A stretch of DNA of 64,000 nt from Octopus sinensis (lineage: Eukaryota): positions 96,472,001-96,536,000 of the forward strand of contig NC_042999.1 of NCBI RefSeq assembly GCF_006345805.1, written 5' to 3'. The notes below the pieces were generated by a model. It did not search any database and was not told the origin of the DNA. It worked only from the letters and a program-made list of their open reading frames with translations. Positions 40,854-54,117 of the stretch are shown in pieces. The position numbers were made by a program, and so were the translations under genes. The first letter of the stretch is position 1. Each line of letters opens with the position of its first letter.

Positions 40854-42861
40854 GTGATAAAAAGAATACTAGCTTAACGCCTTACGTAATTTAATTACAT
40901 CTTTTTACGCCGAATCAACAAGGAAGCCTGCACGTTGTCGCTCAGCTTGCTAGAAAAATACGATCAAATTTATCTTAAATCACAGCTGACCATGACAACT
41001 GAATTCCAAATAAGACTATTTTACATGATGTTTGAATAAAGCCAAGAAAAGAAAAGGGGAAAATGGCTGGAAAGCAGGTTTGTCATAGTTAGATTAAGGG
41101 TTTATCTGCTCAGTGAAGTCTGACTTAACTTGAAACGTCTTTTCAAGTCCTGACTTCAAAATCCCCACGAGTTTGACTTTGATACTTCTCTCATAAAATG
41201 TTCCTCTTATTGTTTAACTTTGAAGTAGCAGCAGCAGTAGCAACAGCAGCAGTGTCAGTAGCAGTAGTAGCAACAGTAGTTACGGTAGCAATAGCAGCAA
41301 TTGTTGATGCTGTTGTTGTTAAGTTGCAGCGATAACAACATCAAAATAAACGCATCAATACATCTTACTTTGATGCAACTGCTTTACTGTGACCGCACAG
41401 GTACTTTTAGTTTCAGCATGTGCAATAGTGCTGTTAACCTTCTACCTATCTTTGCTTTCTCCGATCGGCGCACCCCAACGCCGCTACTACCGGTAATTTT
41501 AACCGAGTAAGCAATAGTAATAAGTTGATCCTCGCTACTTATGGTAGCACAATGGATGGTGATGCTATTATGTATAATCACTTGCACAGTATGTTTCCAA
41601 TGTCAGCCTGGCGGCTAAAGGTCAACGTTTTATGACATATCTACAGCAACATCAGGAGTTTTAATACGTAGAAACAACTCCAAGTACAAAAAGCAGTTCC
41701 TTCTCAGTATGAAGCTCCTAGAGTGGACATAACTACAAGACTACTTACATCATTTAGACTGACTGTTTATCAAGTTCGCATGCATGAAATTTCATTCCGG
41801 TGGGATTTGAACACATACTATGAAAAAAAAAAGTGATCAAATACCGCAAAGCATTTTGTCTGACACTGTCATTTCTTCCATCTATTTCCGTTAAGTGGGT
41901 TAAATAGACCTTAAAACTTAGTAACAGCACCCACACTGAGAACAGTTAAACATCTGCTTCTATTATGGAGGTATATTTCTTACTCTGGAGACATCTCGTG
42001 GATTATGAACAAATAATTTCAAAGAGAAAGACAAATTAAACAGTACACACAGCTCTAGCATCATGACTAACTTCAATATAAGAGACTATTCCTGCACTGA
42101 GACCATATTCAAAGCAAGGCACAGTTTCAGCCAGAGAAACAAGTTGAGCCTAGTGGACAACTGTTCTATTTCGAAATGGATGCAAAATTGTAATGGCATT
42201 ATTTTTTTTTTTACGCTTTCTTTTTTCTTGTTCGTTTCTTGTTATACTTTTTTCTTCTAATCATCGCAATAGCATGGAACGGAAAGGATAAGATTTCGAA
42301 AGTAAACAAGTGTTTGTAATATACAAAGAATCAACACAATTTCCTATAATTCTATGGTCAAGGTCAGAAAACAATGTAATAAACTGCCTAAATCTCAGAT
42401 TTGTCAAAGAATCGAAAAGAGGCGGAGCAGTTAATGACTTTTGCGTTTAACTAAAAACAAATAAATATGTTCGCTTGATGAAAACTGCACTAATACAACT
42501 AATTGTTGAAAATTGTATAATTTTTAATTAGTTGAATTATTTTACTACGAGTAAAAATGTAATTGGTCTCCAAGACAACGAAAAAAGCTAAAAGTGAACT
42601 GGAGAAATTGCTTTGATCATGCTTCAATGAAATAAGGGTAATACACACGGAATTTTCCCGGATTTTGCAGTTCCTTCATTTCAATTCCTTTCACATTCAA
42701 TACCATAGGTTGACGAAATTTCATTCTCTCCATTGTCTTTTTGACACGAATTATACTGCACACATGTACGAATATTGGAATGTTTTAATTTCAGATAATA
42801 TGTGTGCATGTTGCTTTCCGATCATCAATTGTTGTTTACGAGTGAAAATTATATATATATA

Positions 42862-43084
42862 TTCTTTTATTCTTTTACCTGTTTCAGTCATTTTACTGCG
42901 GCCATACTGGAGCACCGCCTTTAGTCGAACAAATAGACCCCAAGACTTATTCTTTGTAAGCCTAGCACTTATTCTATCGTTCTCTTTTGCCGAACCGCAA
43001 AGTTACGGAGACTTAACTCACCAACATCGGTGGTCAAGCGATGGTGGGGAGACAAACACAGATACATAAATACACACACACACA
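42862..43084 (-). mobile_element. SINE family B, 3' half
   Basis: cttttattcttttacctgtttcagtcattttactgcggccatactggagcaccgcctttagtcgaac...cggtggtcaagcgatggtggggagacaaacacaga. Confidence 0.88.
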
Positions 43085-43848
43085 AATGAATTCACTAGTA
43101 TATCTGTTGAATTTAACAAACGTTTCATTAGGTAAAAGTTTTTCACTTTTGTATTTCTGTCCTACAGATAGAGTTCTCCAATTCAAATGTCTATAAATTC
43201 CCATATGCCTAAGAATCACTAAGTCTATAAACAAAATCAAATGACCACACGTAGAATAGACCTGCTACTCCCATGGGCAGATCTATGTTGGATGATGGAT
43301 GATCCATCCCGTGATGAAAGAAGCCAAAACATTTTTCATATTACTGATGCTATTGATGACCTGATGAAGCAACTCAATGATGAAAAAATCCAACTGTGAT
43401 CATTGTTTACCCAGTGTTCAAGACCGTATTATTCACTGAATTTGTTTTAAGACGGTAGATTGTGATTTCAAGGAGACTGCTATTTCTAGCTATTCAAGTA
43501 ACCAGCTTGATGCTCCTGCATTGGTTCAAGGCTCACAATTTTTTAATTATTGATCAGGTGGAAAAAGTAAGAGCGTTGATTATTATGATGCCGTTCGCTG
43601 GAAATTATTACATTATGTTTTGTCAGAGGTAATAGCTTTTTAAACCACGTATTTCTGTTTCAAAGAATACAAACGCTACATTTCAAGTAATACATTTATG
43701 TCACATTCAAAAATGTCAATGGTCATTCTCGAGTCATAGCCTAATATGACTGGATTCTCAGATTCTGTGGCGCATATATTCCCCTCCTGGACATATTGGT
43801 TAGGTCGTCTATTTCCCGATAAAATGTTGGCTGCACTGCTATATCTTT

Positions 43849-43900
<52 letters not shown>

Positions 43901-43904
43901 TAGA

Positions 43905-44052
43905 AAGCTATATGGTCAGAAGTTGGCTTCCCAACCACGTGATTCTGGGTTCAGTTCCACTACGTGGCATCCTGGGATAATATCTTCAACTATTGTGCCG
44001 GGTCGACCAAGCCCTGTGGCTGGATTTGGTAGATAAAAACTTAGAGGGTTGT

Positions 44053-44098
<46 letters not shown>

Positions 44099-44392
44099 CG
44101 CGCGCGCGTTTGCGTGAGTGAGTGTACATGTATATGTAACTATGTACGTATTCATATGTGTGTGTTTATGTTTGTCCCACCACTACCGCTTGACAACTGA
44201 TGTCTATTTGTTTATATTCCTCTTAATTTAGCGGTCCGATGTAATAAGTATAAGGCTTAAAAGAAAAACGACTGGGGTCAACTTTTTTTACTAGTTCTGT
44301 ACTGGGGTCAACTTTTTTGACTAATTTCTTCAAGCCGGTGCCTTAGTATCCCCGCAGTCTAATGACTAAAGCCAGTAAATGACAAAAGAAAT
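43905..44392 (+). mobile_element. SINE family B, degraded
   Basis: cttcccaaccacgtgattctgggttcagttccactacgtggca...accgcttgacaactgatg...gcagtctaatgactaaagccagtaaatg. It has an internal ~30-bp duplication (actggggtcaactttttt). Confidence 0.85.
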
Positions 44393-44521
44393 ATATATAT
44401 TTCCTTAGTGAATATCATGTAAGAATCTTGGAGTAATAATTATTAAAGTAATTCGCGCGCGTGAATGTATTACATATAGTTATATACATATATACATACA
44501 CACATATATACACATACAAAC

Positions 44522-44583
<62 letters not shown>

Positions 44584-45986
44584 CACACACAGAAGGAGAG
44601 AGCGTGTGAGAGAGAGAAGGGCTGATAGCAGAGAAGAAATAGCGAATGAAACTGAGAGTGAGAACGAGAGAACAATACATAAATACATACACATATGTAC
44701 ACACATGTGCGCGCGCATACACACCCTCACACACGCACACACACATGCCTTGGCATAATACTTCATAATAAACAACATAACTGTTTCGGCTTTCTTAAAA
44801 CTACAACGTCACAGCTTAGAACTAATCTGTAACGACATTCAGGATGTTTATAGCTTCCGGGGTCAGAGAGAAAGAAATTTTTTCTTTCCCCCGTTTGACA
44901 TGTGGTAAACACATGTAAATTAAATATGTAAGAATGTAAATATGAAACAGTATGTAAATTATGTATATATATATATATACATATATATCTATATAGATAT
45001 AGACGTACATATATCAATGAATATACTGAAATGTAGAGAATTGATAAATATATTAAATATGTAAATAGATGTTAATAAATAAATGCTGTTACTCCTCTTA
45101 CCAGGACTTGTAGAAGAAGTATGAAGAAATGCGAATAGATTCTTCCTTGTCCAGAACGTTCTCGCGAAAAAAAGAACGTAACCGGCGTGACTGAGATAAT
45201 AACGAAAAAGAAAAAAAAAAACGAAAAGAAAAATGCAATAGCAACTATAACAACTTTTAGAACTATAACAACAACAGAAACAACTACATAAAGTTGACCT
45301 AACCCGAAGAAAATGTAACAAGAATTTAAAAACAAAAGCAAAACGTAAAAAAAAAAGTAAGAAATGAACAGCAAATAAAAACAAAAAAAACCTCATCACT
45401 CTCTAGATTGGCTTAATTGTGCGCAAATGAGATAGATTAGATAGATTCAGCTAGAAGCCAAATCTGGATTCGTACTTATAAAACAAGCTTAATCCAAGTC
45501 AGCTGTCTAATCTGACCAGACTATCATGTGTGTGTGTGTGTGTGTGTGTGTACGCACGCACACAGATATGCTTATGTATGTATATATGTATCTATGAATG
45601 TATGTGTTACCACCGAAAGAGCCGATCAATCTCGGCAACATCACCACCACTATCGAGTCTAGTGGCACCTGGCTAGTTGCAGTGTCTGACATTTTAAGTT
45701 TTGTTTTCCGTAAGTCTTAAGTGAAACACAGACAACTTAAAGCGAAGATACTATCTCTGACGCCGTTTGTTTAAGTCGTTCACAAATGTTTTATCTATTT
45801 ATTCATTGATATATATATACATATACATATATATATATATTTGTTCAATAATTCGAGGGTGGATTAGCTCAATGATCTTGTTCTCTACTCACACTCTCTC
45901 ATACACATTCATACATCCACATTTTCATATATCGATACATGGATAAGTTAATGTGCTTGTATGAATACACACACACACACACACAT

Positions 45987-46053
<67 letters not shown>

Positions 46054-46240
46054 TACATAGTTCGAAAGAACTTAGTGGCCAGACCATATGGGGTCTACAT
46101 TTAGCATATTAGGAGTCCACCTATTGGTCATTCCTCTTATATGTATGTAATATAATTTTCTGAATCTTCAGATTTTTTTTCAATATGCTAGGCCACTGGT
46201 TTAAATTGATATTAATCTAATTAATAGCAATCTTTTACCC

Positions 46241-46308
<68 letters not shown>

Positions 46309-46593
46309 CATTATATGCATGATATATATTTATATACATCTAGATATTATATAATATATATAATTCGCGATAACATTCAGTAATAGCTTTTAGCGGTATA
46401 ATTCAAGTTTAATTCAAATAGGTATAAAGTCATTAGCACCAACAGCCTATTGAATTGTTAATTATATATTTAGCGAAGATGTACTATAATTGTATCGCCA
46501 AGGTCTTTGTGCGTCTTTCAACTTGAACACACACACATATTACAAAGAGAACGACAGAGAAGAGATATATAGATTCGTGCGTACATGATGTAT

Positions 46594-46632
<39 letters not shown>

Positions 46633-46645
46633 TGTGTGTGTGTGT

Positions 46646-46682
<37 letters not shown>

Positions 46683-47292
46683 GTTAAGTGTGGGTTTTAG
46701 CCACTTAGTCAAAAGAGGACGAACAGTACCAATGACCTATTTTCTGTGCTTCTGTTGACTGATAATGGCGGGAAGTGGCTCGGATGCTAGTAGTAGGATT
46801 GGCTCCGCTGAAGGCATCCCTAGGCATAGCGATGGTGCGAAACAGGGTGGTAAATCATTTTTATCGCTCAAGACAGGCAAAATTTCATATACATGCCTCG
46901 AGTCTATCCATGGCTGTAGAAGACTCTCAACAAAATACTGTACTGTAGGATTGATCCTGAAACCCCATGACCTTGTCTGCGATGTAAAGTACACTTACGT
47001 TATATCTGTGCGTGTGTGATGCTTAATAAATTCTTGTCGATTGTGATAGAATGGCGTAAAGAATCCCGTCAGTTGCGCTCAATTTCTGATTCTCCTAAAG
47101 GGAGACCTTGTGGCTCTTGAGCCGCTCTAATACTAAAACTACTATTAAAGATTAAACTAAGCTTACAGGTGTGTGTGGAGGGATTTATTTCAATGATTAA
47201 ACGCTGAAAAATTAGGACCCTCAAATCAACGTGGGGGGCCTAAATCAGATGTCAACTTCTATAAATTGCATGGGTAAATGAAATTGTGTTCC

Positions 47293-47331
<39 letters not shown>

Positions 47332-48404
47332 CACACACACACACACCATAACATCTGCTGTCAAATAACGAGTTGGTTTAGCCTGATAATGTATAGTAGT
47401 ATTACAAGCGTTTGGTATATGAATGGACCAAGAACGAAAGAAAGAATAAATTGGTCACTCTGTATACCAAAGGAAAATATAACTAAGATAGTGAAAAATA
47501 TTTTCGAAATGCTTTCGATACGCGATATAAGTTTGGGTCGTTTAAACATTTGTCGGAAGCTATATAGTAGATGAACTCACATGAACAAAAAAAACTTTTC
47601 AGTTTATCAAAGCGAGATATTTAAACACTGGAGATCTACATAGATTTGAACAACAAGTGCTTTGACTATACTTCCATTGCAATTAAGCAAATGAGGGAAA
47701 GTGGACTCTAAATGCAACGTAAAGTTATCTCGCAAGACACATCTCCAAGGACTTGTCCTTTATTAGCTGTTATCGAAGCACCTCTTGGTGTTCAGAATTT
47801 CTTGTTCATTAGGGAGCCTCACTTCCCACAAAACTCAAGGAACCATGCTTCCTATTCGCACTTAAATCTCTATTTCGAGTTTAAAGAAATGTTTTTCTCC
47901 CTGCTTCTACCTCCTCCAAATCAAACGCCACCCAGAGTTTTTTTTTTATATCTACGATCCCTGTGTACTCTTTAGTGATTAGTTCCCTACTACTGACAAT
48001 CACTAAATGTAATCTCACCAGCCAGATTCTACTGTCTGTTGTTATATGCTATGAGCATGATCATAAGTGTATTTGTTTGTGTGTCCCTATCTCAAATGTT
48101 TATATATTTTTGTGTTCATGTCTCTGTTTATTCCGCTTGCCTTTCTTCTCTTTCAGGTTTTGACCGATCATTTTATCATTGTTGCGTCTGCAAGGTTTAT
48201 TGTTTACATTATTATGTTATCATTCATGCCCCTTCTTAACTTCTCACGGCCATTCCTTTTTGCTTTACTCTCGTCTGCCCTTCTTGCCGCTATTTTCTTT
48301 TCTCTCTCCGCTTTAATCCAAACACATGTCTCTCTTCTCTGTTTTCATTCACTTCTTTGTTGTAATCTCTTTCTCGGATTGCAACCTTCCAGTGACTAGA
48401 TCAC

Positions 48405-48633
48405 TAGGTTACTAGTATATATCTATATCGCACCTTCCATGTGCCTTCACGGTCAAGAAAACAATGAAAGCCGTAATATTTCATCGTCGCAAATGCGCAA
48501 CGAAAAGCGAGTAGTGAATGATCTAGTCACTACTCGCTTTTCGTTGCGACGATGAAATATTACGGCTTTCATTGTTTTCTTGGCCGTGAAGGTACATGGA
48601 AGGTGCGGTATAGGCATATATACTAGTAACCTA
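48405..48633. repeat. Near-perfect ~230-bp palindrome (foldback/MITE-like) with TA ends
   Basis: Arms of ~107-113 bp (taggttactagtatat...gcgagtagtga / tcactactcgc...atatactagtaaccta) surround the loop atgatctag (48518-48526). They differ by 3 substitutions and 2 indels. Confidence 0.95.
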
Positions 48634-49314
48634 TGGACTACGGCCTTCCCTAAATGTATCTGGTAAGTAGAATCATGGTCAAGCCATCGCTACTGGTCTT
48701 CTTCATTGTGAGAGCCTATGATAAGGAAGCATTACATCTTAAAACGAAAGAGGAGGGACGCAGAGAAGGTAGTCATACACGATAAGTGACAGACTCTGTA
48801 TATTTGAAAAATAAAGTGAGGTAACTGAAACAACTCAACTGTGCCATCGGCACAGTTAAGAGTTGTTTTATTGAAGCAAAAATAAATAAATAAATAAAAT
48901 TATGAACTAAAATTTCCCTCTTCGTTGGAGAGAGAAAACATGTCTATTAGACCTCATCACCATAGAGGAGATAACGCAAGCTTATCTGTTCAGTTCTCAA
49001 TGATTTTTACACTTAGAACATAATCTGAGAGAAATAACAGAAGTTATACTAGTCAATAGATATTTGTAACTCTATATCTTAAAAATATTTATCAGGTGAT
49101 CAGGAAGTCTTGTATAGACTATACTATGTTGACGGTGTATAACAGATCAAAACATGTCTATAATTGTTCCTTGCCTGCAGACAAAAATCACACTACTCCT
49201 TCATAAATTAAGTGTAAGATGAAAATTATTGATATATTAAAATTATCTCCCCTTTTCTTTCAGTGTTCCTAACAATTGCCACAAGGCTCTTATCTTTCCC
49301 CAAATTTCTAATGC

Positions 49315-49885
49315 GTGCAGCTTTCAGTATATCGTCACTTTACAACCACGTAGTTTCAGTTTCAATCCCACTGCAGGCACCTTGTGCAAGTGTCTTATAC
49401 TATAGATCCTGTTCAACCATATGCCTCATAACCCTTTTCCGCATCATATAGACTTATATGATTGATTTCCCGGTTTCAGTGGTAGGAGTACTCATTTGTG
49501 CCAGCTGAGTCGACAGGAGAAACTTGAAATGAAATGTTTTGCTTAAGAACACAATGCATCACCCGGTCCAGGAACCGAAACCACAATCTTACGTTCGTGA
49601 GTCCGATACCGTAACAACTAAGCCATACACCTAAACACACATACACACATGCGTGTGCGTATATATGTGTATGTGTTTGTCTTCGTGCTTGTGTTTGTAC
49701 TTCAACGCCACTAAACAACCAGCGTTAGTGTGTTTATGTCCCCGCAACTTAACGGTTCAGCAAAAAAGGATGATAGAATAAGTACAGCGTTAAATGTTAG
49801 TACAAGGTTCGATTTGTCCGACTAAACCCTTTAAGACGGTACTCCAGCATAGCTGCAGTTCAATGACTGAAACAAGCAGAAGATT
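49315..49885 (+). mobile_element. SINE family B interrupted by another SINE
   Basis: The head (aaccacgtagtttcagtttcaatcccactgcaggcaccttgtgcaagtgtctt) and tail (tgtccccgcaacttaacggttcagc...tccagcatagctgcagttcaatgactgaaacaag) are separated by an inverted insert. Confidence 0.75.
49477..49632 (-). mobile_element. tRNA-derived SINE family C
   Basis: Minus strand: aggtgtatggcttagttgttacggtatcggactcacgaacgtaagattgtggtttcggttcctggaccggg (A- and B-box-like tRNA head), then tgtgttcttaagcaaaacatttc...cagctggcacaaatgagtac, which resembles a conserved SINE central domain. Confidence 0.7.
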
Positions 49886-51615
49886 ATATATATATAAGTC
49901 TAACTGCAACACTGGGAAGGATGAAAATACATTTCTTTCAAGTCTTCGGTGTGCAAAAACAGAAAAAAAAAGGATGCGGAGTGTTCTGACGTACCATTTC
50001 ATGGACTTTTGAGGAGGTGATACTCAAAGAAACCGTACCCCGTGTGCTTCCGCAATGAATACCATTATATATTTATCTGTTACATAAAGCAGTCCTAAAT
50101 TAGTTTATCACCCTAATGGATAGCTTAATTTGCTCGTTTATGCTTTCGATGGCTTGCCATTAATTAAAGAATATATAGTTTATGCGCAAAGCAAAGTAAA
50201 CCGGAAGAGCTGATATAAATCAAACGCAGAGAAGAGATGCTTTTACAATCTCATGCCTCTGGTAGCTGGGCTTTCCAATATTTAAATTCAGTTGAGTTCT
50301 GTTTGCAGGAACATCCAGAAAGAACAGTCAAATTTCTCTCAAGTTACACCTCATCACCTTCAAAATGGAGCCATTCACGACCATCCGCACTTACGACAAC
50401 AAAAAAATAAAAATAAAAGGATAAGTAAATAAATCGATTATCCGACGTTGGGCAGCTTCACGTACGATAACTATCCCAGCAACAGGCAACGCATGCCTCC
50501 CTCAGACCCAGGCATATACTACCTGCCACTGTCTCTCACTCAGTCGCTTTGAAGCATAATTTGCATGAATGAAAATAGTGTTGAAAAATATAAATCCGAC
50601 ATACAACCAGATCAACTTACGACCTGTCAGTCGGAACTGAACTCGTTCGTAAGTTAAGGAGAAGGCATATTGAACACTCTGGCCATAGATATGCAATGTG
50701 GGAAAATATCGGAATGCTCAGAGCTGGGACACGTTTATGATCATATCTCAGCTCAGGGTTGATCTAGGGCTAAAAAAACAACAAAATGATTATTTCTTTC
50801 CAGTGACGACTAGGGGATCAACTATTTTCCCTTTCAAGCAGACCTTTGGTCGCATAAATTGTTGCCTACCGTGATTTTGTTTTTCATTAAGAAGGCTTTT
50901 AAAATTAATCCGTTTATCCTCACTTATATGAGCAGGATTATTTCTAGAAAGATCGTATGGAGAGATGACTATGTTGTTACAAAGACGGCTGTAACTATAA
51001 GATTAGACAATTAAAAGATCATTTGGCAGTACAATCTTCGAGGTAACCATTAAGTTAATCTACCGATTAACTGCGAAAAGATAATTACTTTGTATATACT
51101 CAGTATTTTGAACATCAGAATGACGCTCTTGCTAGTAAAATATAATGAAACTCTAAAGTGAATATTTTCATTTCCCCTTCCTTTCTCTCACTGAACAAAT
51201 ACACACACACACACACACACACCACACACACACACACACCACACACACACACACATTCACACGCACGCACACACACACACGCAGACACACGCGTGCAAGC
51301 GCATACACAAGAGGAAAACATACACTAATTTATGTATGTGTTTGTGTGTGTGTGTATTTACATGCATATGTATGTGTAGATACATATGCATGTATATTGA
51401 TCGTGTAAAGAACGAACATGATTCAAACCGTGTTCAAAATTTCGGCTTTGGTTCAATACAGATTCTTATACAGGAAATAGATTCTGAAGACTAACTGGAG
51501 AAGTACTACAATGTGTTTATTTTCAAAAACAACACACAACCACATTCTCATTTTACTTTCTGCTTCCACTCCCACCTCGTTCACTTTCTTACTCTCTCTC
51601 CTACTCTCTTTCTTC

Positions 51616-51618
<3 letters not shown>

Positions 51619-51714
<96 letters not shown>

Positions 51715-51718
51715 TATA
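51619..51718. repeat. (TA)n microsatellite
   Basis: Direct reading. Confidence 0.97.
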
Positions 51719-51887
51719 TTGTGCGTGCGTGTATGTATGTGTGTACACATATTTATATATTGTAAGTTTATCTATACAGATTTTTTTTATAGAATTTAGA
51801 GTCATCTCTGCCAGCTGCGACGTTCCGTATACGAATACGCTGATGTAAACTATGCAACCGAACATAAGAAAATTACGTAATTGGAGT

Positions 51888-51927
51888 ATATACATATTTC
51901 GGGAGTTATTGCTCCTTCTTCAGCACC
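51888..51927 (-). ncRNA. Degenerate minimal type I hammerhead motif (Penelope-like)
   Basis: Minus strand reads ggtg-CTGAAGA-aggagc-aata-actccc-GAAA-tatg-TA-tat. Core order is canonical, stem II is ggag/ctcc, stem III is tiny and stem I (gtg/tat) pairs via G.U. Confidence 0.5.
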
Positions 51928-52489
51928 ACATTAAAAAATACATTGCTTAAATAACTACTAAGCTTAGCGATGTGACAAAAAGATGGATAGACCAATTTAC
52001 ACATTCAACACATTCCCGGAAACTGGTAATTACGTATTAATTGCTGGGAAGAACATCGCAGTTCGTTTTGCAACCATAATATACGACCAAGTATATTAAA
52101 GTTTATAATTCAATAGTGTGTCCTACTTTGTGTTAGCAGTGCATTGTTTTCATTTTTAAGAGTAACTCTTTAGAATTTAGAGCCAGCATATTAAATTACA
52201 TATCAAACATATTCTTGGAATATACGAAATGTAACTTTTAGTGCTGGCTTTAAATTCTACAGAAAGGCTATACGCACTGCAAACACAAACTAGGACACAG
52301 TATTGACATATAAACCTTCAATATACTTGATAATATATATTATGATTACATTTCTCAACGAATCTTTACAAAATTTTCAAAACGTATCGGGCTTAGAGCT
52401 CAAGAAATTGTTGCCATGAAAACAACGGCTGATAAATGTCATTGTATATAAACAGTTAATGACATTTACCATTATATATAAACAGTCTT

Positions 52490-52672
52490 AGAGCCGTTAG
52501 CATGCTGGATAAAATGCTTGGCGGCATTTTGTCTGTCTTTACGTTCTGAGTTCAAATTCAGGGGAGGTCGATTTTGCCTTTCATCCTTTTGGGATCGATA
52601 ATATAAACGCTAATCAAGTACTGGGGTTGATGTAATCCACTAACTCCTCCCCAAATTTCAGGACTTGTGGAT
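52490..52672 (+). mobile_element. SINE family A
   Basis: cgttagcatgctggataaaatgcttggcggcattttgtctgtctttacgttctgagttcaaattc...caaatttcaggacttgtggattatt. Confidence 0.88.
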
Positions 52673-53078
52673 TATTATTATTATTTTTTAAATTATTATT
52701 TGTTTGATTTTGCTTTGTATTTGTACAAGTTGACTCCAAATCTCATCCAGAGACCGCAAGAGACAAAAATTTAGAAGTTCAAGTTGGTGTTATCCCTAAG
52801 GTGTCATATATTTGGTTTTGCAAAACATAAGAACATTATAAGTTTGTTTTAAAATTTCAGATTACATAGACAGTACATTACTTAGGATATGGGCAGTTCC
52901 CGTGAGCACTATCTTTTGAATTTCTGTCATTTTGGGGTTTACCAGTATCTGAGCTAGGTAGGAATCAGCCCCTTTTGCTATCATTCCTAGGGCACCTATG
53001 ACAACAGGTATTGTTTTAGTTTAGAGGCGCCACATCTGGCCAATTTCTATTTCAAGATCTTTATGCAAGATCTTTATA
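52673..53078 (-). mobile_element. 3' end of an R4/Dong-like LINE (endonuclease C-terminus, 3' UTR and TAA tail)
   Basis: Minus-strand translation KDLEIEIGQMWRL*TKTIPVVIGALGMIAKGADSYLAQILVNPKMTEIQKIVLTGTAHILSNVLSM* is homologous to the C-terminus at ~29810-30010. Confidence 0.88.
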
Positions 53079-53409
53079 TAGCTGAATCTAGAAGCAAGTG
53101 CTCGAAGTATAATTACTTCAGTTACGACAGTAATTCATTTGAAAACATGAAGTTCACCTATTCACTGTGTGTAACATTAAAAAAGGTATGATAGTTACAC
53201 ATTAATTCTTTCCTAAATTTGAGAAACTACAGGAGTTACTGGCCAACAAATTAGAATGAGATAGTTTCTCCGGGTTCCATTTCTGGATTAAGTTCTATAT
53301 AATTGATGTAGCTAATTTAATTGGGATAAACACTTTAACGTAAATTATGCCGTTTACATCTCTCTCTCTCTCTCTCCACCCCTCAATGTGTGTGTGTGTA
53401 AAACAGAAT

Positions 53410-53464
<55 letters not shown>

Positions 53465-54023
53465 AATATGGCCATGATGGATATAAAACAGTCTCTTTAT
53501 GGTCACCAACTTCGCTTTTTTAAGCCTTAATCTATTCCACCTTGCATCTTTTTACTATCCCTAAAACAGGTCAGATAATTATCTTTACTATCCAATACAC
53601 TGATAAACTTTCCTTCAGTTGTAGAAACAATGAGACCGTGACTACTTACGGACAGTGCTCAAATCCACAGAAGGCACTTTGTGGTGCTTCTGAGAACAAT
53701 TGTCTCATTTCGCCTAATTATCAGGAACTTTTATCAGATCAGCAGGTGATTTTACCGGGAATACATTGGCTTTCTTAAGAAATCAATGCTAAATACTTGG
53801 ATCCCGAAATTACATCCAACCAACATATTCCATTTAACGTTCTTCCATTAAAAAAGAAACGAAATTTACAAAAATCTTCGAGAACTCGTAAATAATTGCA
53901 ATTGCTTCCATAGATCTCTTACCTAGACACGAGGCATTTATGCATATATGTATGATATGTGTATATATATATATATAAGAGAGAGAGAGAGACAGACAAA
54001 CAGACAGAGACAGAGTTGGGGAA

Positions 54024-54044
54024 GGAAAGAAAGAAAGGAAGGAA

Positions 54045-54114
<70 letters not shown>

Positions 54115-54117
54115 AAA
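54024..54117. repeat. (GAAA)n microsatellite
   Basis: Direct reading. Confidence 0.96.

Noticed and set aside
43250-43400. Short protein-like frame MDDPSRDERSQNIFHITDAIDDLMKQLNDEKIQL containing CTGATGA
   Set aside because: No convincing splice acceptor, no recognisable homology, and no hammerhead stems around the CTGATGA.
46765-46860. GC-rich patch with ORF MAGSGSDASSRIGSAEG and ctgataa...cgaaac
   Set aside because: It abuts a SINE fragment. The peptide is unrecognised, the core is non-canonical and stems could not be formed.
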